From assembly GCF_036321535.1 (NCBI RefSeq), contig NC_087437.1, positions 20,276,001 through 20,340,000 on the forward strand: 64,000 bases of DNA, written 5' to 3'. Source of the DNA: Camelus dromedarius (lineage: Eukaryota). A program made the translations under genes and the position numbers. Each line of letters opens with the position of its first letter. Position 1 is the stretch's first letter. Below are positions 1-11,641 of this stretch, in pieces. Under the pieces are notes generated by a model that saw only the letters and a program-made list of their open reading frames with translations, was not told the origin of the DNA and made no database searches.

Positions 1-459
1 GATTGACGACGTAGGCTGCCCAGGGATGGAAGGGGTCTGTGCTCATAAAGTCAGTGGGGAAGGCCTCCTGGTGGAGGTGAGGCATCCAGTGGACCTTGGG
101 GGAGCTTTTATTTTAAGTAAATGAGGGAGAAAATGAGAGGAGGTGGCTTTCAGTCTGGCCTTGCCACAGGAGTCACGTCGAACAATTTCACAAGCGGAAA
201 AGCCAAGTCGGGCTCAGACAGACTCAGCTCAGCCAGCAGAGCGAACAGTAGAAAACTGCTGATGAGAAGGAGATAAGAAGAAAGTCCAAGGTAGAACAGA
301 ATCGAGGAAGCCCTTGCATGACAAAGAACCTGAATTTGAGTGGATGTAAAATCAACTCACCACGAGAGAGCCAGAGCCCACGGACATGGCGTTTCCAGGT
401 CCCCTCAACTGCATGCCAGCCCCTCAGAGGAATACAAGAGAGCAAATGCCAGCTCTACA

Positions 460-600
460 GCCAGACAGACCTGGACTAGAGCCCCAGCTCTGCTTTTAGC
501 TGTGTGTCCTGAGGCAAGTCCCTCAACCTTTCTGAGTCCCAGGGTTCCTCATCATCTGTCCCTTGGAAACAATGACCCCTTCTTTGCAGGCTCACTCAGA
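460..600 (+). mobile_element. MIR SINE fragment
   Basis: MIR core-like text: cagacctgg...cccagctctgc...gctgtgtgtcctgaggcaagtccctcaacctttctgag. Confidence 0.65.
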
Positions 601-877
601 TGAAGTCCCCAGCAGTCAGCGTGGCACACAGCACAGCTTTCAGCACTGGTAGCGTCTTTCTCTCTCCTGCTTTTACCCTGTAGGCCCTCCCTGTCTTCTA
701 AGACAGTTTGTGCCTCTGAAAGTAAATGTTTTAAAATTCAAGAAGCCCAGATTCCTAAATGGGTGCAGCTGGGGAGTGCCAAGGTCTTGGCGGCAAATAA
801 CATCCTCTTGAGATTCTGGCCCCGCAGCTCTGCAAGGAGAAGCTCGGGTCTAGGGGACGCAGCCACTGTGTTCTTGC

Positions 878-896
878 CTCCCACCAGATGGCGCCT
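878..896 (+). promoter_or_regulatory. CTCF motif
   Basis: Core CCACCAGATGGCGC at 881-894 fully matches the CTCF consensus CCRSYAGRKGGCRC. Confidence 0.6.
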
Positions 897-957
897 GGAA
901 GTGGTGTTTCCCACCCAGTCTCCGCAGGGCAAATAATGGTGTGTCTCTGTCTTGTAG

Positions 958-1124
958 GAGGAGAAGTCACCAAACCGCGCTTTGCTCAATTCTTCCACGG
1001 CAGCCTGGCCAGCCTCACCATCCGTCCGGGGAAAATGGACAGTCAGAAGGTGATTTCCTGCCTGCAGGCCTGCAAGGAAGGGCTGGATATCAACTCCCTG
1101 GAGAGCCTGGGCCAAGGAATAAAG
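958..1124 (+). CDS. CLSTN2: Calsyntenin-2 coding exon (human exon 10 equivalent), 167 nt; gene is 5'-partial in this window
   Basis: Translates GEVTKPRFAQFFHGSLASLTIRPGKMDSQKVISCLQACKEGLDINSLESLGQGIK, recognised as calsyntenin-2. Acceptor ctctgtcttgtag|GA, donor AAG|gtaagg. Confidence 0.96.
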
Positions 1125-2389
1125 GTAAGGAAGGAGCCGGCATGGCCCCCAGTCAGACGTTGCTTCATGAGTCAGTGGCTGCCCAGCGCCCAGTGGCCTC
1201 CTGGCAGTGGAGTCATTTCCCGCCACGTCGCACAAGGCTGGTACCACCACACAGGTGCTGCTACAGCAGGGAGATTCGTGACTGTGACTCCACGACAGAC
1301 TTGTGCATCTCCTCAAATTCCCAGATGAAGCCCTTGTGTATAATGAGTTCAGTGCACAAAAGCAGGCACGTGCTCAGTGTCTACCTGGAGGGAGCTGTTA
1401 TATTTCATTTTTTTTCCTGGGTTGGGAGGGTGATCTGTTGTCTACTGGCCTAAAGGAATTGAAGTAGCGCCCAAGAACACATTTCACAAATACAAAAAAG
1501 TAGAATTAAAAGTTTGGACCGTGGAAAATGCTAATCAGAAAAGACCAACCCGGGGTAGGGTGGAATTAGAAAGCAGATGCGGAGGTCCCTGGGTCTGACG
1601 TGGTGACACTGAGGCACAGACTGGGCTCCAGGCAGTGTCTGCAGTCAAAGGGACTATGAGCGGATTTATTATTTTTATCATCCATGCAAAATAAAAATAT
1701 TCCAGTCATCCAAGGGAATCCAAGCTACATTTTGAGAAAAGCTCCTCTGGAGGGGGCAGGATGTGGGTGATGGCCTCATCAAGCACCTCCCTGACTGGCA
1801 GGGATGGCTCTGGCCTCACCTGGACCAAGGCCTCGGGGTCCTGAGCAAAGAGCAAGGTAAGCATCGCTGCAGCCTCCGCTCAATCATCGTGGACCCCACC
1901 GAGAACAGGCAGCCCCGAGGCCTCCTCTCTGGAAGTCAGGGCGGCCCACCCTCTGCCTCCAGGAACACTGGACAGACCCGTGAGGGTCCAGCGGCTGTGA
2001 AGTTTTCCCAAGGAGGGAATGACCAGAACAGAGGTTTCCCACCGCCTCCCGTCCACACTCAGTGCTGCCCATGGAGCTCCCCCTGCCTCCCTGCCCCAGC
2101 CCCAGCCCCAGGATGGGGAGTCACCCCTCCAACAGAGAGCCCTCTTGTTTATGCTGTCAGAAGCTTGTGGGGCTCTGACCTTGGGTAGCCTTGGAGGGGC
2201 CAGTGATCTGGACACATCATGCTTTTCTTTAAGTCACAATCACTTCCACATACATTCCATGGACAGCCATGTAATTCAGTTCTGGGCTGAGTAGAGGGGC
2301 ACAGAATGAATATTCCAGGCTTATTGTCTTTGGGGAACCCAGTGGCCCAAGCAGATGCCTGTAATCCAGCGCAGTAACTGCTACAATGA

Positions 2390-2620
2390 TTACGAGCATG
2401 AACATTTACTGAGAGTCTCCCACGTGCCAGGCACTGTTCTAAAAGTGTTCTAAGAGTTTAACTCATTTAAGCCCCAGAACAACCCTATGATAAAAGGACC
2501 ATGAATATTCCCATTTTGCTCATGAGGAATTGAAGCCTGGAAAAGAAAGGAAACTTGCCAAGGATCCCAAAGATGGTAATGAATGGAGCCAGAATGTGAA
2601 CCCAGTCAGTTCAGAGCTTC
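2390..2620 (-). mobile_element. MIR SINE
   Basis: aacatttactgag...gtgccaggcactgttcta...actcatttaa...cccattttg...atgaggaa, the reverse MIR pattern. Confidence 0.7.
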
Positions 2621-4299
2621 AGAACCTGGGGAACAGTAGTTCAGGGAAGGCTCTTTGGAGGAGGCAGAGTCTGAGCAGAATGTTTCAGGGTAAGAACCAA
2701 CCAGCAAGAAGACAGGCAGTGGCGGGGGTCAGGGCAAGGCAGTCACTCTAGGCAGAAGGCCAGTGTGACAAGTGCCCAAACTGCAGAAGGAAAAGTAGAA
2801 AGTGTGACCAGAGAGGCAGGAGGCAAAAGCCATGTCCAGGGCCTTGTTAATGTCTAGGTGTTTACTGTTTTGTTTTGTTTTGTTTTGTTTTCTGTTGGCA
2901 ACAAGCAGCATTAAAGGGCTCCATTGCAAGGGAGCATGATCTAGACAGCTGTGGGGTTCCGAATGGAGCCTGGGTCAGATGGGGAAGATGAGAGGATTAC
3001 AAAGTCAGGGTAAAGCAAGAATGGCTTTCCAGAGCCTTGTTTAACATGCGTGAAACACACACACATGCACAAACATACACACACATACACACACCTACAT
3101 ACACCCAGGTACTCTCAATAGCTAACCACCTGTCACTGAAGGAAACTCACAACACTGTCTCTATTGGAAAGGCGGGCTTTCCACCAGTCTTTTTCATGGC
3201 AGCTGGCCCACGGAAGCCCCTCTTGGCACATTTTATACAGATACCGTCACGAGCAGAGCCTGAGGTTTGGTCCTTGACCTACTGTTTGTACTGTTTCCTT
3301 AGTGTTTTGCCACACCAGCGATGCAGAAATTTGTCCTTCTAACCCTCCCCTATCTGATTCTGGATTTGCCCCCTGTCTCTAAATGGATCTCCTCTGCCCT
3401 GGACCATCTCACGGGGCCACAGCTTCAGGATTCCAAGCCCTATAGAACAAATAAACCAAAGATGCTGAACTGAAAAGCCACACGTTCTTAGAATTATAAA
3501 TTAAGAACCACAGCAATTCCTACATAGCAGTCCTAGCCTGTGAAAGAGGAAGCGCGAAATCAAGTGGCCCCGAAAGCGGTGGGGGGTGGAGGAAGCTAAT
3601 CTGACTTTTTAGGATACCACCTGCTCATAACCAGGCTCTGCAAATGATCCTTTTCCATCCTGAGGGCGCGGCTGGCAAGAACCAGACCGCAGAGTGAGAA
3701 GTTAATGATAAGACACACAATTTGCGGTGCACCCACTGGGGGCTATTTTAAGTTCATTATCCCCACTCCTCACAACGAATTAAATATCATGACCCCATTT
3801 CAGAAATAAGGAGATCGGGGCCCAGGGACTTGTCCAAAATAAGTCTATGCTCTTTCCTCTGTGCTAGCAACTCAGATGAGAAGGCATTCTTGAATACTGT
3901 TAAAACCACTTCCTCCCCCGCCTCCCTCCTCTAGCCCTCATTTCGTTTTTGAATGATGACTAGCAGTTTCTCCACTGGCTCCTGGCCTTCTCCATCCTCT
4001 CTGGCTGGTGCAGAGAACTGAGGGCCTCTCATGACTGCAGAAGCGTTGCACCCCCTCACAGGGCCCCACACGAGGTCCTCTTCTCCCTTGTTTCCCCCTG
4101 GGTCCTGCGTATTTCTGGATACTTCTCCAGCACGTCTGGAGTCATTAAATGGTCCAGGTGGTTATGGTTATGTATCCACACCAGACGTGGTGGAACAGCC
4201 ACATTCCTGAGGAATGCCCACTTCTGATTTTTATAGGACGATCCCCGCCAACCTCCACGGTGCGGAAAGGGTGGGAAAGAGCAAGACACTGGGAACAAA

Positions 4300-4440
4300 A
4301 CACTCCTAGGTTCAAAGCACAGTACGGATGTGTATGAGTTGGGTGACCTTGGGCAACATACTTTAATCTTTTAAGCCCCAGTTCCCTCATGTGTAAAAAG
4401 GACTTAATATTACTTTGTAGTTATGTAAGAATTGAATTAT
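4300..4440 (+). mobile_element. MIR SINE fragment followed by AT-rich low-complexity DNA
   Basis: gtgaccttgggcaacatactttaatcttttaagccccagttccctcatgtgtaaaa. Confidence 0.7.
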
Positions 4441-5749
4441 ATATATTTTTATACATCCTCATATATATTTATATATCAGATATAGCAAAGATATGCATTC
4501 ACATAGACAGATGTGCAGATAAAGATATAGATGATATATATGCATACAGATGGATATAGGTACAGATCTCCCCTAGAAAACAGGCTCTCAACAAATCACA
4601 GTTCCCTTCTCCTGCTGGGCTGACCTTGCACTTGGCATTGCTGCTGCCACTTCTTTTTTGAAAAGTAAGCCTGGGTGACAGTTGTGACAGAAGAGCCTCT
4701 ATTGTGGCAAATCTTCATCTGGCCCAGCCCAGAGGGGCTAGCAGGTGTCCAAAGGAAGGGCAAGGGGCCTGGGGTGACATAGCCAGCTGGTCCTCGAAGA
4801 ACAAGCCAGGGCCTTGGGCAGGGGCCTCACCGATGTCTCAGCCTGGTAGGTGGCTGGCGACATTGGCCGACCCTCCAACAGTGCTGACCATTCTGCAAAG
4901 GCCATCTGTCTAACTGCTTCTTGGCTCAGAGAAAGGAACCACTGTGGTGGCTTCCCAGGGAGAATGAATACTGTCACCCTTTGCCAGGTCCCCAGGAAGC
5001 CATCTCCTGCCCCTGTGGTCATGCCAGTACCACCCTGTATCCTGCAATACCAGAGACCGACCGTCAGTCGATGCCCCGCTACACACACACACACAAAAAA
5101 AACAACCATACAAACAAAACCTACTTTAGTGAAGGATTTTATTGATCCTGCAGGTACTATATTGATGGCTAAGCCAGTGCTCACCTCAAGCACTGTGGCC
5201 ATTTGGGGATGCTCTGGCAAGCAGACTAGGGTATTCACTACAGATCCGACACATTCTCTAACCCATCCTCTCCCTAGGGGCTGCAGTGGGCATGCCACGG
5301 CTTGCTGCCAATCAGTCCCTCTGGGAGAACCGCTTGGTTTTTCTGTTCAGCCCTCATGCAGAGCTCAGAGATCGGCCTTCTCGGCAGGGGGCACCATCTT
5401 ACCTCATGCTTGTCATGTGCTGGACCCCGTGGTAATGCTGTCCTCAGGCTCCTCACAATCTATTGGGGGAGGGGGCAGACAGACAGACATGCTTAGCTAG
5501 TGAGTCAGCCACAGCAGGAGAGAAGCTAAGCCAACCAGAGGCCGACTGTGGCATCACCTGTGCATGTGCCCAGGGGCTCCTGAATCCAGCGCGGGGGACA
5601 GTGCTTGTGACCAGACGTCACAGCTCAGAGAGACCCTGCTTCGGCTTTGAGGACAGGAGGGAACTGAACTGCAGGGAAAGAAGAACAGCCAAGGCAGTGT
5701 TCCCAGCACAGGCAAAGACTTGGCGCAGAAGTAATTACATTATTAAGAG

Positions 5750-5950
5750 TGATAATAAAAGCGATTATAGATTGAACACCTTTTTAAGTGCTAGAGACTT
5801 TATATACATTATCTCATTTAAGCTCCAGACAGGTAGATATTAATATCTCCGTTATTTTAAATGAGGAAATAAAGTCCAGAAAGAGAAAGGAAATTGTCCA
5901 AAGCCGTACTCTGTAGCTTGTGCTGGGACTGGGTTGTGGCAGTCCACACA
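5750..5950 (-). mobile_element. MIR SINE
   Basis: ttgaacacc...acattatctcattta...atgaggaaataaagtccagaaagagaaaggaaattgtccaa. Confidence 0.65.
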
Positions 5951-6029
5951 GCCTTTCAGAGATGCTACATAGATTTGGGGAAGTGAGACTCATGCCCAGG
6001 AAGGAAAGGTTGAATTCTTCCAGTGGTCC

Positions 6030-6392
6030 AAGCAATTGCAATAGCCAATGACCCCAAAATGTCTATTGCTTAATGCTTACAAGTTTATTTCTCTCTCACA
6101 CTAAGCTGGGGAAGTGAGGAATGCCACAGACCACTAGGGCAAAGAAAAAAGGGTGGTGTGTCCAGCAGGGCCCTTCACTGCTTCAGCCTAGAGCACCAGT
6201 ATCACTTCCTCTCATATCCCATTGGCTGGATGCAGCCACATGACCCACCCACAGGTAGATCAAGGCAGCTGGAAAATGGCGTGGACACTTAGCACACATA
6301 TATAGTTGAACCATGTGGATACGTTATCTCCAGGAAGCCTAGGAAGGACAGGAGAACAGGGTTTTGTGAGCACTGATAATGACTCACACCAA
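6030..6392 (-). mobile_element. MLT1-type (MaLR) LTR remnant
   Basis: aagtttatttctctctcac...atcacttcctctcatatcccattggctgga...cacatgacc, a motif typical of reverse MLT1. Confidence 0.6.
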
Positions 6393-7464
6393 AGCTTGAC
6401 TGAAAAGACATGACTGAAAGAAAGAGTCCTTTGGGGGAATAACAGGAGATGATACTGAGTAAAATGTGGGCTGGGGGACCACTCAGTCATTCATCAAACA
6501 GGGGCTTCCAGAGCCCTAGGATGAAGTTCTGGGATTCAGGGATAAGAGTTGGAGCCCCTGTCCTCAGGGAGTTCATGGTCACTGCACTGTAATAATTATA
6601 CTACCATTGCATAAGCACTGTAGGAGCTCATTGGGGACCTAAGTGAGGGAAACTGGGGAGGCTTGGAAGAGGTAACAGTGAAATGCTCACATGATAGTTA
6701 AGAGAGACAAAGATTGAGCTAAAAGTTGACTAAGGGCCACAATACAAGGGATTATTACATGGGACAATGGCACCACAGTGCTCGTGAGACACCCACCTCC
6801 TGATAGGGTCCAGACACAGAACAAGGAACTCTTATAAAGACATCTGAGTCATAGCAGAGAAAAGCCAATATAGATAGATTTTTTCTTAAACTCTTGAAAG
6901 CATACTCAACCTACTTCATGGAAAGAGAAATGTAAAATAAAACTACATTAAGATAGTATTATCACCTGTCAGATTGACAAAAATCCCAAAGTTTGATAGC
7001 ATGCTCTGTTGTTGAGGTCTTGAGAAAAGAAGCTTTATCATACACTGTGAGAGGGAGTATATATTGATGTAATCCCTAGCAATGAGAAATTTGGCAACAT
7101 TTGTCAAAATTTAAAGGGCATACACTCTTTGACCTAACAATTTCACTTGTAGGGCTTTATTCTACAGATACATTTACACATTTATGAAATGTTAATGAAA
7201 TATTATATGTACAGGTTATTCATTGAAGCATTATTAGTAGAAGATTGGAAACAACCCAAGTCTTCATATTAGGAGACTGGTTAAATAATTGATTTAATGT
7301 TAAATTGTATCATACAACTTTAAAAAAAAAAAGAAAAGATCTCCAAGACACAAGCTAAATGGAAAAAAGCAAAGTACAGTATAGTATGTAATAAGCTATC
7401 TTTGCTGTAAGAAAGGAGAAAAATGGGAATCTATATTTATTGATTATATATTCATAAAATGCTT

Positions 7465-8214
7465 AAGTAGCAACTGTCAGGATAGGTGAGGTTATGCTGC
7501 AGTAACAAATGACTTTAAAATTTCTGTAGATTATACAGAAATTTTTTTTTATTGATAACACTTCAAGTCATTAAAGATTGGCTGCAGCTCTTTTTCTCAT
7601 TATGTGTTTTTTTAATTCTTATTTTTTATTGAAGTGTAGTCAGTTTACTGTGTTAGTTTCAGGAGTACAGCAAAGCGATTCAGTTATACATATAGGTATG
7701 TACATATATGTATTTTCAGTTTCTTTTCCATTATGGCTCATTATAATAAATTGAATATAGTTCCTTGTGCTACATAGTAGGTCCTTGTTGTTTATCTGTT
7801 CTAATATATAGTAATATGTATCTGTTAATCTCAAACTCTTAATCTATCCCTCCCCCTCCCCCTCCCCCTTTCCCCCTGGTAACCATAGTTTGGTGGCAGC
7901 TCTTACCCATAACCCCTTCACTGTGAGACCCAGGCTTTGCATGTTTCATGAGAGGGAAAGTGACATGGCAAACTATGAACTGGCTGTTAAATCTCCCACA
8001 TGGTTATGAACCAAACAATAATTCTGTCCCCATTTTGTTGGCAAGTCACATGACCGCTGTTGAATGCAACAGGGCAAAAATGTATACCCTGCAGGGAAAG
8101 GTACAGAAGTCACGTGATCGAGCCTGTTGACAAGAGTGCAGACATGTATAAGCCTCTCACTGGGTGAGGGTAGGAAGGGAGCAACTAATTATGAACAATA
8201 ATGTAATCTGTCAC
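7465..8214 (-). mobile_element. MLT1-type (MaLR) LTR, interrupted by a younger L1 3' end
   Basis: tgtcaggatagg...gttatgctgcagtaacaaa terminus, gacccaggct and ttggcaagtcacatgacc internal motifs. Confidence 0.65.
7593..7889 (-). mobile_element. Cetartiodactyl-type L1 3' UTR fragment with target-site duplication (TSD)
   Basis: ttttttattgaagtgtag...gtacagcaaagcgattcagttatacata...ggtaaccata. Flanked by ttggctgcagctctt (7578-7592) and ttggtggcagctctt (7890-7904), a 15-bp TSD with 2 mismatches. Confidence 0.85.
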
Positions 8215-9295
8215 TAGAAATTAATGGAACAGTGATTACTTGTGGAATGGGATTGGGGAAATTAGTTCAACAGGAGAGAAGAATGGGGTGGACACTAGCA
8301 CACATATATAGCTGAACCATGTACACGTGTTATTCAAAAAAAATAAATAATTGTTGGCAAGTAGCTACATAAAAATGTATCCGTGTCTCTCTTTCCCATG
8401 ACATGAGTATTGGATGCATAACCTGAATCCACACATAAGTTCCTGACATTTTATTGATAGCAGTTCCTAATAATTCTTAGAAGTGTGTCAAGGTCAGTAA
8501 CTCAGAGCAGTGCAAACGCGATTCTCCATGCGCCATTCAAAGAGTAACTACTGGGAACATCATGGGAGAGAAGTCTGTATCTAGTTTATCTGGTTTGGGG
8601 ACCCAGGTGACTCAGTGGGGAGCATCGTAGTCCCCGGGCCTTCACCAAGCACGGGGTAGCAGGGACTCAGGATGCGGTGCATAGGTAACAAAACTAAGAC
8701 AGCCGGCAGGTGTAAAAACAGCAAGTGAGGAAAACCTATGGGAAACCAGAGTTTAGCAACAAGCGGGCAAGACTGAGAATCAGAGCTAAGAGAAGGAAAG
8801 CCATTAACTGAAAAATGAGCTTTAAGGTTGGATGTTAAAAATTGGGTCAGGAGTCAGGAAGTGGAGTGCACGGTGAATGAAGGAGCAGTTCAAGACCAAA
8901 GACAAGACAGCAAAAGGAACCAAAGCCCTAAGTTTCCAGGGTGTCAGCTGAGGGGGTGGGCAGTCCAAGGGCTGAAAGCTTCTGGGCAGGACCCCACAGT
9001 AGCCCAGAGGATGCGAATTCAGAATTCCATCCTGTGGCTCAGGTTGGTATTACCAGGAGTTTATAATTCCTGGGAATCTTACAGAGGAGGATCCCGAAGC
9101 CCACCAGTCACCCCCTCAAGCAGGGATTGCTTGAGGGGTTGAAACAGTCATCTGGGCACACAGATGCTGCACTTGCAGGTGCCTTGGAGATACCTGTGCT
9201 GGCCTTGGTGGCCTTTTCATGGAGATGGAGGGGCTCCATGGGACTGCTTATGTCACTGATCATTTGCTCCTATGATACCCCTTTCTGTCTTCCAG

Positions 9296-9444
9296 TATCA
9301 TTTCAACCCCTCGCAGTCCGTCCTGGTGATGGAAGGTGACGACATTGGGAACATCAACCATGCCCTCCAGAAGGTCTCCTACATCAACTCCAGGCAGTTC
9401 CCAACCGCAGGTGTGCGGCGCTTGAAAGTCTCTTCCAAAGTCCA
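9296..9444 (+). CDS. CLSTN2: CLSTN2 coding exon (exon 11), 149 nt
   Basis: YHFNPSQSVLVMEGDDIGNINHALQKVSYINSRQFPTAGVRRLKVSSKV(Q), translated by hand because it is absent from the ORF track. Acceptor ctttctgtcttccag|TAT, donor CA|gtgagt. Phase matches both neighbours. Confidence 0.96.
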
Positions 9445-9597
9445 GTGAGTAGATGCTGGTCAGCCTGGGTCCCAGCCAAGGCGTTGGGGATGATCCCTGG
9501 GGAATGTTCTCTTGCAAAACAGGATTCACCTCTTCTTCAACTGTTGGCAGCTTCTCCATTGTCCCTGTGAGGACGTCCCAATGGATTTGTGGTCTAC

Positions 9598-11641
9598 TTT
9601 TGTTTTCTTCTATTTTTTTCCACATGAAATATAGCTGACATACAATATCATGTTAGTTTCAGGTATACTTCGTAGTGATGTGACATTTGCACACATTATG
9701 AAATGATCATCATGGTAAGTCTGGTAACCATCTGTCCCCATACAGTCACTACATTATTGATCATATTCCTTACACTATACTACATCCCTGTGGAGTTTTT
9801 ATTTTATAACTGGAGGTCTTTACTGCTTAATCTCCTTCACCTATTTCACCCACCCCCATCCCCCTCCCTTCTGGCAATCACCTATTTGCTCTGTGTATCT
9901 ATGAGTCTGTTTTTGTTTCGTTTTTTAGATTCCACATATAAGTGAAATCACAGTCTTTTTCTGACATGTTTCACTTAGCATAACACCCTCTAGATCTATC
10001 CATTTTGTTGCAAATTGCCAGATTTCATTTTTTTCTTATGACTGAGTAATATTCTATTGTGTGTGTGACACACACACACACACACCCCACAATCATCCAT
10101 CTATCCTTGGACAGTTAGGTTACTTCCGTATCTTGCCTAATGTAAATAATGCTGCAGTGAACATTGGTATCTTATCAAATTAATGTTTTCCTGTATCTTA
10201 TCAAATTAATGTTTTTATTTTCTGCAGGTAAATACCCAGAAGTGAATTTGCTGGATTATATGGCAGTTCTATTTTTAATTTTTTGAGGAACTTCCATGCT
10301 GTTCTGCATAGTGGCTGCACCAGTTTACCTTCCCACCAACAGTGCATTGGGGTTTCCCTTTCTCCACACCTTTGCCAACACTTGTTATTTGTTTTCTTTT
10401 TGATGTTAGTCTTTCTGACAGGGGTGAAGTGGTGCCTCATTGTGGTTTTGATTCCCATTAGTGATGCTGAACATCTTTTTATGTGTCTGTTGGCCATCTG
10501 TATGTCTTCTTTGGGAAAATGTTTATTCATGTCCTTTGCCCATCTTTTAATTGGGTTGGCTGTTTTTTGACATTGAGTTGTATGAGTTCTTTGTGTATTT
10601 TGGATATCAATCCCTTACTATATAGGTCATCTGCAAATCTCTTCTCTCAGTCATTGGGCTGCCTTTTTATACCATTGATAGTTTCCTTCACTGTACAAAA
10701 ACTTTTGAGTTGGATGTAGTTCCTTGTGTTTATTTTTGCTTTTGTTTCCCTTGCCTAAGAAGACAGATCATATATATATGTATATATATATTGCTAAGAC
10801 CGATGTCAAAGTGCATACTGCCTATGTTTTCTCCTAGGGATTTTATGGTTTCAGGTCTTACAATTAACTTGTTAATTGATTTGGGGCTATTTTTGTATAT
10901 ACTGTGAGAAAGTAATCCAGATTGATTCTTTTGGATGTAGCTGTCCAGTTTCCCCAGCATCATTTATTGAAGAAGCTGTCTTTTCTGCATTGTATATTCT
11001 TGTTTATTTTGTCATAAATTAATTGATTGTATATGCATGGGTTTAGTTCCAGGCTCTCTATTCTGTTCCACTAATCTATGTGTCTGTTTTTGTGCCAGTA
11101 CCATACTGTTTGGATTACTCTAGCTTTGTAGCATAGTCTGAAGTCAAGGAGTATGGTACCTTCAGCTTTGATTTTTCTCAAGATTGTTTTGGCTATTTGA
11201 GGACTTTTATGGTTCCATACAAATTTCAGATTTATTCTAGTTCAGTGAAAAATGCCATTGGCATTTTGGTGGGGATTGCATTGAATCTATAGATTGCCTT
11301 CAGTACTATGGTCATTTTAACAATATTAATCTTCCAATCCATTAACATGATATATCTTTCCGGTTGTTTGTAATGTCTTTAATTTCTTTCATCAATGTCT
11401 CATAGTTTTCCAAGTACAGGTCTTCTACCTCCTTGATTAGATTCATTCCTAGGTAATTTATTCTTTTTGATGCAATTGTAAATGGGTTTTCTTAATTTCT
11501 CTTTCTGATAATTTGTTATCAGTGTATAAAAATTCAACAGATTTCTGTATATTAATTTTGTATCCCAAAATTTACTGAACTCATTTATTAGTTCTAATAG
11601 TGTTTTGGTAGCATCTTTAAGGTTTTCTACATATAGTATCA
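9598..11641 (-). mobile_element. 5'-truncated, decayed LINE-1 (~2 kb), antisense in intron 11
   Basis: Minus-strand ORF pieces are L1 ORF2: ILYVENLKDATKTLLELINEFSK (just after the RT catalytic motif), VRPETIKSLGENIG, and [21 protein letters not shown]...[14 protein letters not shown] (C-terminal Cys-rich region). T-rich tail near 9598-9620. Many frameshifts. Confidence 0.93.

Larger units (their letters stand above)
6890..8350 (+). mobile_element. Ancient L1M (L1ME-like) 3' end, interrupted by an MLT1 LTR
   Basis: Degenerate ORF2 C-terminal/3' UTR text (cacctgtcagattgacaaaaat...ctttgacctaacaatttcactt...ggaaacaacccaa). It resumes after ~8215 and ends gaaccatgt...tattcaaaaaaaataaataa. Confidence 0.65.

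Noticed and set aside
738..1453. Long overlapping ORFs (192 aa minus, 170 aa plus) around exon 10
   Set aside because: Shadow frames of a GC-rich coding exon, with no recognisable protein features.
4738..5500. 216-aa (+) and 186-aa (-) ORFs in intron 10
   Set aside because: They cross a (CA)n/A-rich tract, show no recognisable domain and have no supporting splice or promoter structure. Likely chance ORFs.
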